From NCBI GenBank assembly GCA_964372635.1, contig CAYJQW010000004.1, positions 840 through 64,839 on the forward strand: DNA of 64,000 nucleotides, in the 5' to 3' direction. This DNA is from an uncultured Candidatus Saccharibacteria bacterium. GTDB taxonomy: Bacteria > Patescibacteriota > Andersenbacteria > UBA10190. Below the pieces are notes generated by a model that was not told the DNA's origin, made no database searches, and saw nothing but the letters and a program-made list of their open reading frames with translations. The translations under genes were made by a program, and so were the position numbers. Position 1 is the stretch's first letter. Each line of letters starts with the position of its first letter. Positions 1 to 10,085 of this stretch are shown in pieces.

Positions 1-1
1 A

Positions 2-1138
2 GTGTTCCGAAAGATATTTAATAATGAAACAGCTTTACTGATTCTCGCTTTTACCTTCTTTTCTCCAATTTATCTAACTCAGCAACGGTTAGGCTGGGCG
101 ATCGCCCTATTTCCGTTTTTCTCAATGCTTATATTGTGGATATGGCTCAGTAAATTTCCGGGACGTAATTTTCTGCTCGGCCTGGTGGCTGGTTTGGCCT
201 TGCATAATCATATTTTATTTCTGCCAACGCTAGCAGCTTTAACTACTGTCGGAACGATTTTAGAGTTATCAAAACACGATCGCGTTAAGCGCCTGGTATC
301 ATACTGGCCTTCGGTCATAGGGTTTGTCATCGCTTTCAGTACACAGTGGCTGGTATTACGATCAGATACCGCAGACCAAGGTGAGCCATCGACAGTGGCT
401 AGTTTATTTTGGGAGAGGGTGCACGATTTACCATCAATCATTCCACTCGCGTTGTCAGGGTCATCGTATGTGGCACGGTACACCGGGTCCGAGTTTAGAC
501 CATGGGCTATATATACAATTCTCTCTGTAGTTATAATCTTGATTGTATTGTCAGGCACAATATCACGTTATCGGCGCGCCGCGCATTTCTGGGCTCTAGG
601 ATTAGTGATTCATTTAACGGTGCTTCTCATTATGATTGATCGCTTCACCCTGCGCTATTTCGTTATATTTACCTTGGGCACATGGGTCCTAGCGTCTGTC
701 GGCGGGGCCGCACTTATTGAGAAGGCGGCCGTTCGATTACGACAGTCAGGTTTATTACAGTTTAAAGCAATAGGCGTGTCCACCTTTTTTATTTTTTTAT
801 CAACCTGGCTTGTTCTGATACCGTTCCTTAAAACAGGTGGCAGTGTGGCTTCATTCTCTTTAGGTAATCGAACTAACAGCGCCGCTGATCTCGCTGCCCT
901 GGAGCCATTAATCACTTGTTTGCGCGGCCAAAGGACGGTCTCAAGTGAGAATGTCCACATTTATAATCGCCTGCAGTTTTTATCGCACCAGTATCCCGAT
1001 TTACAATTTTTACCGGAAGATCAGCTCGAGCAAGCGAATCTGCTTGTTTATTATCGTGATCCGATTGCAGCAATTCCTGTGGATAGGCAGCCATGTCCAG
1101 ACCTTACTAATTTCATCGTTGAGCGACACGACCGCTAA
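2..1138 (+). CDS. polytopic membrane protein, 5'-truncated by the window edge; probable C-terminal part of a GT-C-type membrane glycosyltransferase
   Basis: Open frame from the window edge with no start codon. It has several hydrophobic helices (e.g. LLILAFTFFSPIYL, AIYTILSVVIILIVL) followed by a soluble C-terminal domain. The membrane-core-plus-C-terminal-domain layout matches the other GT-C-like proteins in the locus. Confidence 0.4.
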   Translation: MFRKIFNNETALLILAFTFFSPIYLTQQRLGWAIALFPFFSMLILWIWLSKFPGRNFLLGLVAGLALHNHILFLPTLAALTTVGTILELSKHDRVKRLVSYWPSVIGFVIAFSTQWLVLRSDTADQGEPSTVASLFWERVHDLPSIIPLALSGSSYVARYTGSEFRPWAIYTILSVVIILIVLSGTISRYRRAAHFWALGLVIHLTVLLIMIDRFTLRYFVIFTLGTWVLASVGGAALIEKAAVRLRQSGLLQFKAIGVSTFFIFLSTWLVLIPFLKTGGSVASFSLGNRTNSAADLAALEPLITCLRGQRTVSSENVHIYNRLQFLSHQYPDLQFLPEDQLEQANLLVYYRDPIAAIPVDRQPCPDLTNFIVERHDR

Positions 1139-1185
1139 CACCGTCGCTGCTATAAAAAAAGTGCGTTTGACGGTGAACGAAATTA

Positions 1186-3138
1186 TTATCTTAAATTCAG
1201 GCGGCGCAGGATGACGAGGAGGGCAATTAAAATCGTCGCGACTGAAATCATTAAACCGGTACGATATCCTGGTGCTTTGTACTCAAAAACTAATTCACTT
1301 TGTCCGGCCGGCAGTGTCGCGGCGATGCGCCCACTGACATCAGTCGTCGGCTCACCATTAGCCAGCCAGCCGCGAGCGTAATTATTGTTTAAGATAATGT
1401 TTGTGTTATTTGAGAGGTTAGCTTTGACATTTATCTTATTTGGAGACCAGAAAAGCAGCTCAACTTTTGCGGCCGGGTTATCGGATGAAACAAAAGATTG
1501 GTTTTCCGGCTGCTGTTTGGTTACAACTGCTGGCGACGGACCAAGGACAGTGCAATAAGAAAGTGTGCCCCAGCCCTGCACGGTAAGCGGGTAGGCGCGC
1601 GTATAGTCAGCTCCCTCATAGCGAATTGTGTTTTTATCTAGTGTAAATTGCAGTGGCTTTTGGGCCGCCTGTATAGGCTCTTCCGGATACGGTAGAACGA
1701 AAGCTTGCTGCGATAACTGATAGGAAAGTGTCATTAAATCAATTGCCAGCAGCCCGAGGACGATACTGGCAATCAATTTGAGTCCAAAGGCTGAACGTCT
1801 TTTAAATATAGTCATCAACATATTATCGAGTCCCAGACCAGAGAGCAGTGCTATCGGCATAACTGCAAACAGAACAAGACGTGAAATGTTTGAGCGCGGT
1901 AAAAAGGCTACCTGATCAAAAAGCGGCTTTAGCACCGGCCCAGCTGAAGATATTAAAAGGGCAATAACCGAGCCAAGGACGAGCAGACGAACAAGACGAC
2001 TTGTTCTAAATTTATTTAGCGCAGCTATGGCAAGGACGAGCACAAGCGGGCCTACATAGGCGCCATATTCGTGCCAGCCACCACCTTGATTGAGAATCGT
2101 ATTATCACTGCCCGGGCCGTGTAGATAACGCCCTAGCAGAACCTTGTGTAGGGAAGTTAAGGTGCTGGTCGATGACGCGTAGACTTGGTCTTGAAATTGA
2201 CTGAGCCAATAAAGAACTGGCACTAATTTAATACTGGCCAATCCTAAGGCCCAAAAGCCCGACTTCAGACATATCATAAAAGCCCGACGGTGATTTTTGG
2301 CAACCGCAACCAAGAAAACAAATGCCCCGGCGGTATACATGAGCAGGTAAATTCCGCCTTGCAGAAAAGTCAGGGCAAGGAATAGTCCGCAGAGCAATGA
2401 CCAGCGGTTAAGACTCTTTGTTGAATCAAGATCACTCGTTGTTCGGTAGGCACTTACCCACGACCACAGAATCCACGGTATCCACATCGCCGATAAAATA
2501 TTTGTATGCCCTTCAACAATTTCCAGAATGTTGACACTGCTAAATGACACGGTCACAGCAGCAAGCATTGCACCGAAGACAGAGAGTCCCAGCCGTTTGC
2601 TTAAAATCAGAGTGCCAACTGCGCCAATGATCGTACTAAAATATATTGCTAGCCTCAGGCCAAGGGGTATGCCGAACAATAGTTCTAAAATAAAGGTTGG
2701 TGTAAAAAGTGGAAATTCAGGGTCACCGATGGCTGAAGTGCCGCCGCAGATATACGGATTCCATTGGGGAATACCGTCATAAGTTAAAGTCAGATTTCGG
2801 ACAATATAGTGATACGAAAAATAATAGTCCCAATCGGATATACCAAGTTGACCAGATGAAAACCAGAATCCTCCCATAGCAAGAGGGGTTATTATGACCA
2901 GCAGAATACTGGCTGCAATCCATCGAAATTTGTTTAGTCGGCTGATACCTAAAACACCACCGAAAAAAATCAAGCCTGTCAAAATGCCTTGCCTGATGCC
3001 AAAGCCTGTTAAACTAGCTTCGAATAAACTGTCAAATAATGAAGTTGTTGTTGGTCTGCTATTAGCGAGCCACCATAAAAAACCGATTAACAAGATAACT
3101 ATTCCGCTACCAAGTAATTTTATAAATCGAGATGCCAC
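1186..3138 (-). CDS. large polytopic membrane protein with GT-C-like architecture (YfhO/ArnT-like), function unassigned
   Basis: 650-aa ORF. About 14 predicted TM helices fill the first ~480 aa. The C-terminal ~170 aa are hydrophilic and beta-rich (likely extracytoplasmic). A loop motif GGTSAIGDPEFP resembles the GSGGDPWQ motif in the 28290..30404 protein. Confidence 0.5.
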   Translation of the reverse strand: MASRFIKLLGSGIVILLIGFLWWLANSRPTTTSLFDSLFEASLTGFGIRQGILTGLIFFGGVLGISRLNKFRWIAASILLVIITPLAMGGFWFSSGQLGISDWDYYFSYHYIVRNLTLTYDGIPQWNPYICGGTSAIGDPEFPLFTPTFILELLFGIPLGLRLAIYFSTIIGAVGTLILSKRLGLSVFGAMLAAVTVSFSSVNILEIVEGHTNILSAMWIPWILWSWVSAYRTTSDLDSTKSLNRWSLLCGLFLALTFLQGGIYLLMYTAGAFVFLVAVAKNHRRAFMICLKSGFWALGLASIKLVPVLYWLSQFQDQVYASSTSTLTSLHKVLLGRYLHGPGSDNTILNQGGGWHEYGAYVGPLVLVLAIAALNKFRTSRLVRLLVLGSVIALLISSAGPVLKPLFDQVAFLPRSNISRLVLFAVMPIALLSGLGLDNMLMTIFKRRSAFGLKLIASIVLGLLAIDLMTLSYQLSQQAFVLPYPEEPIQAAQKPLQFTLDKNTIRYEGADYTRAYPLTVQGWGTLSYCTVLGPSPAVVTKQQPENQSFVSSDNPAAKVELLFWSPNKINVKANLSNNTNIILNNNYARGWLANGEPTTDVSGRIAATLPAGQSELVFEYKAPGYRTGLMISVATILIALLVILRRLNLR

Positions 3139-3177
3139 AGATTGGAGTATAACGGTATTTGCTTCTAATCTAAACCT

Positions 3178-5043
3178 ATGTGTGGCATTGCAGGAATATA
3201 TCAGAAAAACCCATTAACCCTTGACGGAGCTATATTATCCGCAATGTCGGCACAACTTGCTCATCGCGGTCCAGATGATAGCGGTCAATTTATTGATAAA
3301 TCCTGTGGCTTAGCTCACCGGCGGCTGGCTATTATCGATCTTTCCGCTGCTGGACACCAGCCTATGACCACACCTGATGGACGCTATACCATTATATTCA
3401 ACGGTGAAATCTATAATTATCGTGAGTTAAGGCAGAAATTTTTATCACACCTACCTTTTGTATCAGAATCTGATACTGAAGTATTACTTAAATTGCTGGC
3501 CCAGCGTGGTGTAAAGGCCTTACCCCTTTTACGAGGCATGTTTGCCTTTGCTTTTTGGGATGCAAACAAACGAGAGCTACTTTTGGCAAGAGATCATTTC
3601 GGCAAAAAACCTTTATTTTATAGTGATCTTAAATCAACATTTGTTTTTGCCTCTGAACCGAAAGCGTTACTGCAGCATCCAGAAGTTTCAAACCATCTCG
3701 ACCTAAAAGCTGCCACCAAATATTTTCTGTATGAATATCCACCATCACCAGCGACCGGCTATCGTGATATTGCCCAGCTTCCCATGGGAAGCTATCTGTC
3801 CTTAACATCAACAGGTTTTAAGGTAAAACCATATTGGCAGATGACCACACAACCTAAGTTAAATTCCACGGAAAAAAACATTCTAAAAAGTCTTGATACG
3901 CTTCTCAATAAAGCAGTGGAGCGGCGATTAATTTCCGATAGACCAGTAGGGCTGTTCTTAAGTGGTGGTCTAGATTCGGCAACAATAGGCTGGTATATGC
4001 GGCAGCAAACCGCGAAACCACTACATTCCTTTAATGTTTCATTTAAAGAACCTTCTTTTAATGAATCAAGTTTTGCTAGACAAGTGGCAGAATCAATTAG
4101 TTTAGAACACCATGATATTCCCTTTACGGTTAATGAGTTTCGGAGCGCTCTTGAGGAAGTTGCACCTCTACTAGATATGCCGCTAGCTGATGCATCGTTA
4201 TTGCCCTGCTTTTTAATGAGCAAAGTGGCACGTCGGCATATTACCGTGGCGCTTGATGGCGACGGTGGCGATGAATTGTTTGGAGGTTACGGCACATTTA
4301 AAGCTGCCCGCGTGGCCAGCTGGTTTTCAACTGTTCCAAAATCAATTATCAAGCATTTTATGAATCCAGCCCTTGATTTCCTACCCACAAAATTTGACGA
4401 TTTTTCCTTTGATTTCAAAGTAAAAAAGTTTGCATCTGGGCTACCATATAGTCTGGGTAGGCGTAACCAAGTCTGGCTAGGCTCTTTTACTGACGTGGAA
4501 TTAAAGCATCTCTTAACTCCAAATTTACAGTCTTACGTTTCCGAAGTATTTACTGATGTCGATGAGGTTGCTCTCAAAATAAATAATTTATCGATAAGTG
4601 ATCAGGTATCATTACTCACCATTAGGCATTATTTACATAACGATATTTTAGTAAAGCTTGATCGCGCTACCATGTTTAATAGTGTCGAGGCCAGAACGCC
4701 TTTTTTAGATCTTGATCTAGCCGAATTTGCTCTGCGTCTTCCCGATAGATGGAAACGTGATAAATACATTCTAAAAAAATTGATGCAGAATAGAATTTCT
4801 GAGGTAATAATTAGACGACCCAAAAAGGGTTTCGGTATTCCACTTGGCTACTGGCTCAAAGGCCCGCTGTATGAATGGGCTGAGAGCATTCTCAGTGAGG
4901 AAGTTATAAAAAAGCAAAATATTTTGCAACCAGCATATGTCAGACGATTGTTAGCTGAACATCACACGGGCAGAGTGGACCATCGAAAAAAATTATGGAC
5001 GTTACTCACTTGGCAATTATGGTATAACCGGTGGGCAATATAA
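3178..5043 (+). CDS. asnB: asparagine synthase (glutamine-hydrolysing) family amidotransferase, AsnB/WbpS-like
   Basis: ATG verified at 3178. The N-terminus MCGIAGIY gives the class-II glutamine amidotransferase Cys2 nucleophile. An SGGLDS PP-loop ATP-pyrophosphatase motif is present (LFLSGGLDSATIG). The 621-aa length fits AsnB. Embedded in a glycan locus, it is more likely a glycan amidotransferase (WbpS-like) than the housekeeping enzyme. Confidence 0.8.
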   Translation: MCGIAGIYQKNPLTLDGAILSAMSAQLAHRGPDDSGQFIDKSCGLAHRRLAIIDLSAAGHQPMTTPDGRYTIIFNGEIYNYRELRQKFLSHLPFVSESDTEVLLKLLAQRGVKALPLLRGMFAFAFWDANKRELLLARDHFGKKPLFYSDLKSTFVFASEPKALLQHPEVSNHLDLKAATKYFLYEYPPSPATGYRDIAQLPMGSYLSLTSTGFKVKPYWQMTTQPKLNSTEKNILKSLDTLLNKAVERRLISDRPVGLFLSGGLDSATIGWYMRQQTAKPLHSFNVSFKEPSFNESSFARQVAESISLEHHDIPFTVNEFRSALEEVAPLLDMPLADASLLPCFLMSKVARRHITVALDGDGGDELFGGYGTFKAARVASWFSTVPKSIIKHFMNPALDFLPTKFDDFSFDFKVKKFASGLPYSLGRRNQVWLGSFTDVELKHLLTPNLQSYVSEVFTDVDEVALKINNLSISDQVSLLTIRHYLHNDILVKLDRATMFNSVEARTPFLDLDLAEFALRLPDRWKRDKYILKKLMQNRISEVIIRRPKKGFGIPLGYWLKGPLYEWAESILSEEVIKKQNILQPAYVRRLLAEHHTGRVDHRKKLWTLLTWQLWYNRWAI

Positions 5044-5096
5044 TAATCGAGCAAACCTACTATCTCTTTGACTACTTTTAGCTTAACCTTCTTGCC

Positions 5097-6722
5097 GTGG
5101 CGTCATACAATAATGACATGACAACTATCAGCGGATGGCGTGTACTTATGTTAAAACTAAGAAGTTGGCCGGCTGTTGGACAAGAAAGTTCAATAAGGAG
5201 TTTCACAGAACGATTCTTACGAATTCTTATTTGGGTTTTGCCGTGGCTCGTGATAGCTGTTTTCACCTACATTTACATCTGGCTTGGTTTTTACAATGAA
5301 TTGCACTTAAGAAACGGTGTCGATCTCGGGACTTATAATCAGCTTCTCTATAATTTGTCATCAGGCCATAGCTTTCCACCGTTTAACAGTCTTAAAAATC
5401 AGATCGCCTGGGGTGATCATGCTCACTTCATTGTTATCTTGTTGACCCCGGTGTATTACCTTTTTCCAAGCTATCTGACTGTCATTGCTCTCCAGGTGTT
5501 AGCTATTACTACATCGGCTTGGGCATTATATAGCATTGCCCAGAAAACGATCAGGAACTATATATTTTCATATGTTATTCTATTCTCCTATCTTTTATTT
5601 TTTGGTGTTCAGTACGCTTTAAATTTTGATTTTCATCCCAATGTCTTAACAGCTGCTATTTTAGCTTGGAGTTTATATGCTCTTCATTTCAGAAAATGGC
5701 TGCTTTATTGGTTAGTATTCATATTAGGACTCCTAACGCGTGAAGATGCCGCAACCTTCTATGTCATGATCGGAGTTTATCTAGTGTTATTCCGACCAAG
5801 TATACCATTTGCTAAACGATGGACAGGAATAACTTGGGATAGTGTTAAAACTGTGGGGCTTGTGACCATTATCTTGGCGGGAGCATACTTCATTGGGGTG
5901 GTGTATTATCTTATGCCTCTCTGGCAACCAGATAATACAGCGCTGGCCTATTTTGATATTCCTGATAGCGCGCGTACGCCATTAGCCATCCTTTATTGGA
6001 TTGCAGGTAATCCAATTACGGTTATCCAAAACATGTTTGACACTTCCGCCAAAGTCAGCACGATCAGAAACCTGTTTCAATCATTTGGTTTTATACCCTT
6101 AATCACTCCGTTTACCTATTTAACAATCTTGCCAAACTTCCTCGCTCGATTTTTAAGTGGCGAAGAGCAGCGGCACATGACGCAGTTTCACTATGGAGCC
6201 AGCCTTGTGTCCCTACTGTCTTACGGTTCAATTCTAACAACTGTATTATTACAAAGGTCAGTCAAACATCTCTGGCAAAAAGTTATGAGGCAACAGCCGG
6301 TCTGGTCCTCTTTTATTATATCTACAGCAGTAGCAGCCTTGATATTTTTTGGTACATACACCGTGTCATTGCGTGATATTGATCTGCCTATTCACAGGCT
6401 TTATGATCGGGATTTTATTGAGCTTAAGTCTTTACCGCGCCCGGCTCGCGCCGCACTTGATGTTATGCGCCGGATCATTCCCGAAGAGGCTAGTGTGTCG
6501 GCGGCCAGCGGCTTAGTGCCAGCTCTATCTTCGCGGGAAAAAATATATAATTTTCCAGATGGACTGGAAACTTCTGTCGATTGGATCGTTTTGAGTGATG
6601 AGGGGAATACCTGGCCCTATCACAATGCTGAAATGAAAACGGCCATTAAAGAATTGCGTTTAAATTCCGACTATATTTTATCTTTTGATAACTACGGCAT
6701 TGTGGCCTTTAAGAAGAGATAA
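5097..6722 (+). CDS. DUF2079-like polytopic membrane protein (putative GT-C-type transferase)
   Basis: 541 aa with at least 10 TM helices. The N-terminal loop GVDLGTYNQLLYNLSSG resembles the DUF2079 signature DLG.F.Q..WN. The C-terminal ~120 aa are soluble. The GTG at 5097 may not be the true start; the first ATG is at 5118. Confidence 0.45.
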   Translation: MASYNNDMTTISGWRVLMLKLRSWPAVGQESSIRSFTERFLRILIWVLPWLVIAVFTYIYIWLGFYNELHLRNGVDLGTYNQLLYNLSSGHSFPPFNSLKNQIAWGDHAHFIVILLTPVYYLFPSYLTVIALQVLAITTSAWALYSIAQKTIRNYIFSYVILFSYLLFFGVQYALNFDFHPNVLTAAILAWSLYALHFRKWLLYWLVFILGLLTREDAATFYVMIGVYLVLFRPSIPFAKRWTGITWDSVKTVGLVTIILAGAYFIGVVYYLMPLWQPDNTALAYFDIPDSARTPLAILYWIAGNPITVIQNMFDTSAKVSTIRNLFQSFGFIPLITPFTYLTILPNFLARFLSGEEQRHMTQFHYGASLVSLLSYGSILTTVLLQRSVKHLWQKVMRQQPVWSSFIISTAVAALIFFGTYTVSLRDIDLPIHRLYDRDFIELKSLPRPARAALDVMRRIIPEEASVSAASGLVPALSSREKIYNFPDGLETSVDWIVLSDEGNTWPYHNAEMKTAIKELRLNSDYILSFDNYGIVAFKKR

Positions 6723-9600
6723 TTATTTTTCGGTAAAGCCATCGCCAAGGCAGTACTAGCAAGAGACATATTATTAGTGCGCTTACGGTTAAAAACTTGG
6801 CTTGAGTGATTGCTGATGATTCGTAACGGAATGAAACCACGTGTTTTCCGGAAGGCACTAGAGCAGCTTTAAAGATACTGAGGTCGGTAAAATATGGTGC
6901 TGGTTGGTCATCAATATAAGTAACCCACTGGGGGGTTGTAGCATCGGTCACGATGAGCCAGGCTACGTCGTCGGTCTCAACATCAACATCAACTTGTGTA
7001 TTTGAATAGAATGTAATCCTAGCTGTTCCTTGAGCTGGTTTTCCCTCAAGGCGCTCAACAACATCTGGCAGTCTTGTTCCTCCAATTAAGGCGATTTGGC
7101 TAGGGTCAAACTGGTCATCTTGTAATGCCGCTAAAACATGGTCAGGAGCCGGTTTGAACTTAAAATCACGCTGTAAAAAAGCCTTTGGATACGCTGCAGG
7201 ATTTTTGTAAAAACGGAATATTCGTTGATCTGATGCATATTCACCTATCGGTACGAAACCCGCATCTGGCATAAGATCCTCAATTCCCGGCGAAATTACC
7301 TGAGCCAGATGCGTCACCCCGGCGATATTAAATAATTGCCGCCGGCTTTCAAGAACGTGTTTAGAATCACCATCGTAAGGCTCACGATCATTAGCAAAAA
7401 AAGTTTCAATGAAATCTCGATAGGTGCGTATGGCTAAGGCACTAATCCAGCGAGCACTGCTGGCTTCGGCCGTGGCTTGCAAATGTCTCTCCAGCAGTAT
7501 CACATCGGCGTCAATGTCGGTCTTTTCTTGAGTAGGCAGGACAGTTACTCGTAACTCTTTTTGAGATCGGACTAATTCCACTGGACTAGGCTGATCAACT
7601 CTGACAATGTAAGCAGATAATTGACCAGGAATCTTGGTCAGAGCTAACGAGATAGCTGTCTTTTGACTACTGGTGAAAGATAAAACGTATTGTCCGTCGT
7701 CATCAATTGGCTCGCCGCTATCAAAACACAATGATAGCTTCTGGTCCACTAAGATATCTGAGGCTGTAATATTATGTGAGTCTATAGCTGGCTCAGATAT
7801 TGCCTTGTGCAACCCGACTGTAATGGCCTCGGACTTTGTGGAATCTGTTTCAGCTGGAATCGTAAAACAGGCGGGATTAGTCTTGATTTCAACTGGTTGA
7901 TAGATACTCAGATCCGGTGCAATAAATGGTGAGCGGGCAAATTCGAGACGAGGGATATCCGTTAGTAGCTCCGGACGACTGTATAACCGTGGTGGTAATT
8001 CTGATTCTTGGTTGGCCTGGCGGAGAAGTGACAAGAACGGAGAATCGAGTTGAACCGGTCGAGGTGTCAGAGGATTATAATTCCAACCAAGGTGTAGTAG
8101 GGTCACGGCGGTGACGAGCAAAACAACAACTTCGCCAAGCCTATAAAGACGGAAACTAATAAATATTATCAAGAACGGAATAACTAAGGCACCGACTATA
8201 GCCAGGAGCCAGCTTAAGTCAATAGACTGAATAATTCGTAACCATTGAATAGCGATCCGTGCATCCGTTTTGCTGAGAAAAAATGGCAAAAAAAGTAAAG
8301 CAGGCAAGGCCAAGCCTGTTAGAAAAATTCTTAACAGATGCCACCTTGACTTTCGCTTGTCACTGAAAAGATCACTTAGACCAAGACTGGCTAATAAGGC
8401 AATGCCAACATTAAAGAAAAAGACAAATCGTCCCGGATTGGCAACCGATGTTATAATTTTTTCTGCTACTAAATAGCGATAGATGGGCGAATTAACTCCA
8501 AGAGCAAACAGGATACCTATAACAACGAGAAATAAAGCCGCAATCCTCAGTGGTCTTCTAATTCGCCATGAGGCCAGGGCTGCCCCCGCCAAAAACAAAG
8601 GAAGAACGCCAACAAATGCGGCCAGCTCTTGAAAACCTTTAGCACCCCAGTAGTTATCATGATCACCAAAAAAGTAGGGCAGGACCAGCGTAATGGCGTG
8701 GCTGGGGGGGTAACTGAAATCAAACAGTTCTGATTCAGGCAGAACGTCGCTTCGTTCGGTAAACGGTAAAAATTCATACAGTGGCAAAACAGCAAAAGAC
8801 GCTGTTGCCAAAGCAATGAGCGCTGCTAATAAAACTAGAGACAAGACACGAAAGTTATATCCGTTTAAAATCCAATGGACAACAGTCGTCAATGTCTTGT
8901 TCTGCCTCAAGGCGGATTTTCCGCGATTGAAAGATTGGCCAATGAATGAAACTGAACCGATAATAGCCGCCAGCAATAGGTTGTAAAGTACTATCTGTGG
9001 TTGAGCTGATAAGGCCATCGTGGCTACCAGTAGACTCATGACAACGGCCCGGCGGATCGTGGGTCTCTCTAGAAAAATCTGAATGTTATAAAGGAGCCAC
9101 GGCAAAATCATTGTTGCGGTATAGAAGTTGACATGGTTTAAATGACCAATATTGAAACCAGAAAAAACGAATATAATAGCCCCCAAAGCGGCCGGCAGTT
9201 GTGGCAGCCTCCAGTGGCGCAAGAAAACAAACATGCCCAATAAGCCGAGCGCGAAGTAAGTCACTATAGAGATCTGCAAAACATCAAATGGAGCTATCTG
9301 TAAGGCACGAAGCACGACATGCACTGGTGTGAAAAAACCAAGTTGTCCCCAGGCAATAAGTGGTTGTCCAAATCCGAAATAATTACTCCAGACTGGCAGT
9401 TGAAGAGCCTGTTGACTTTGGGCATAAACTACTTCCAGGGGGTAGTAAATAGCCTTGAGGTCATCAAGCCAATAGGCTTGACTGCCGATTAAAACACGGC
9501 TAAAAAAAATAAACCATGTTAGTACTAGCATCATGAGGCCCCACCCATTGCCCGTTAAGTATGATTTTATTCTTGGCATTGTAATTCGCTGCCACCGCAT
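6709..9600 (-). CDS. YfhO-like large membrane protein (GT-C-like), function unassigned
   Basis: 963-aa ORF. The N-terminal ~500 aa are highly hydrophobic with many TM helices. A large hydrophilic central/C-terminal domain and a final C-terminal TM helix (ITQAKFLTVSALIICLLLVL) follow. This topology is typical of YfhO-family proteins. It overlaps the upstream pilin-like gene by ~30 bp. Confidence 0.45.
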   Translation of the reverse strand: MRWQRITMPRIKSYLTGNGWGLMMLVLTWFIFFSRVLIGSQAYWLDDLKAIYYPLEVVYAQSQQALQLPVWSNYFGFGQPLIAWGQLGFFTPVHVVLRALQIAPFDVLQISIVTYFALGLLGMFVFLRHWRLPQLPAALGAIIFVFSGFNIGHLNHVNFYTATMILPWLLYNIQIFLERPTIRRAVVMSLLVATMALSAQPQIVLYNLLLAAIIGSVSFIGQSFNRGKSALRQNKTLTTVVHWILNGYNFRVLSLVLLAALIALATASFAVLPLYEFLPFTERSDVLPESELFDFSYPPSHAITLVLPYFFGDHDNYWGAKGFQELAAFVGVLPLFLAGAALASWRIRRPLRIAALFLVVIGILFALGVNSPIYRYLVAEKIITSVANPGRFVFFFNVGIALLASLGLSDLFSDKRKSRWHLLRIFLTGLALPALLFLPFFLSKTDARIAIQWLRIIQSIDLSWLLAIVGALVIPFLIIFISFRLYRLGEVVVLLVTAVTLLHLGWNYNPLTPRPVQLDSPFLSLLRQANQESELPPRLYSRPELLTDIPRLEFARSPFIAPDLSIYQPVEIKTNPACFTIPAETDSTKSEAITVGLHKAISEPAIDSHNITASDILVDQKLSLCFDSGEPIDDDGQYVLSFTSSQKTAISLALTKIPGQLSAYIVRVDQPSPVELVRSQKELRVTVLPTQEKTDIDADVILLERHLQATAEASSARWISALAIRTYRDFIETFFANDREPYDGDSKHVLESRRQLFNIAGVTHLAQVISPGIEDLMPDAGFVPIGEYASDQRIFRFYKNPAAYPKAFLQRDFKFKPAPDHVLAALQDDQFDPSQIALIGGTRLPDVVERLEGKPAQGTARITFYSNTQVDVDVETDDVAWLIVTDATTPQWVTYIDDQPAPYFTDLSIFKAALVPSGKHVVSFRYESSAITQAKFLTVSALIICLLLVLPWRWLYRKIIISS

Positions 9601-10085
9601 ACTCGATACAAGACTCGTTCGCCGTCGTGTAAAATACGATAATAAAATTTTCTTTTCTCGTCCTCATCAAACATCCGTTCATCCGTATATTGCGCTTCTA
9701 GTTGCGCTTCCAGGTAATAACCAGAGACATTACCTGCGGTAACATCAGTTGCACAATAGACATAGGCGCGTCCTGATCTTTCACGGGTATCGTGAGGAAT
9801 AGCGTTTATATGCTGGCCCTTCAGCAGTGGCGAGTTGTTACCAAAAAGCCAGCTAGTTTGATCATCAGTGCTGGTACATATTTCACTTAAAGGCGGTGTC
9901 CCGTAGTTATCAAATTCATTGTTATATAATTCAAGGGCATGTTTTAAGTCTGTAATATCCTGACGGCGAAGATCATCGCGAACGGCAATTCTAGAGGAAA
10001 TAATACTGGGAATAAGAAATAAAAGAAGTAAGCCGAAGATCGTTGTCGCTGCCGCATACTCAAGCTGAATTCTTGTTAGATACAT
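9567..10085 (-). CDS. type IV pilin/pseudopilin-like protein with noncanonical prepilin signal
   Basis: ATG at 10085 with a stop 4 codons upstream. The N-terminal hydrophobic helix LEYAAATTIFGLLLLFLIPSII has a Glu at +5 relative to a possible cleavage after MYLT, but no Gly at -1. RDDLRRQDITDLKHALELYNNEFDNYGTPP follows, closely matching the DA.R..DL.QI..ALELYY.DNG.YP motif of CPR/Gram-positive-type pilins. Four Cys in the C-terminal part are consistent with a pilin disulfide domain. Confidence 0.5.
   Translation of the reverse strand: MYLTRIQLEYAAATTIFGLLLLFLIPSIISSRIAVRDDLRRQDITDLKHALELYNNEFDNYGTPPLSEICTSTDDQTSWLFGNNSPLLKGQHINAIPHDTRERSGRAYVYCATDVTAGNVSGYYLEAQLEAQYTDERMFDEDEKRKFYYRILHDGERVLYRVCGGSELQCQE

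Noticed and set aside
208-558. Minus-strand 116-aa ORF (and many similar 60-150 aa ORFs, e.g. 3792..4223, 12904..13371, 22131..22475, 26293..26694, 37605..38000, 42649..42969, 61202..61468) lying entirely inside longer ORFs on the opposite strand
   Set aside because: They are antisense or shadow frames of well-supported long genes with recognisable domains. They carry no motifs or RBS and have atypical composition. I treat them as non-coding.
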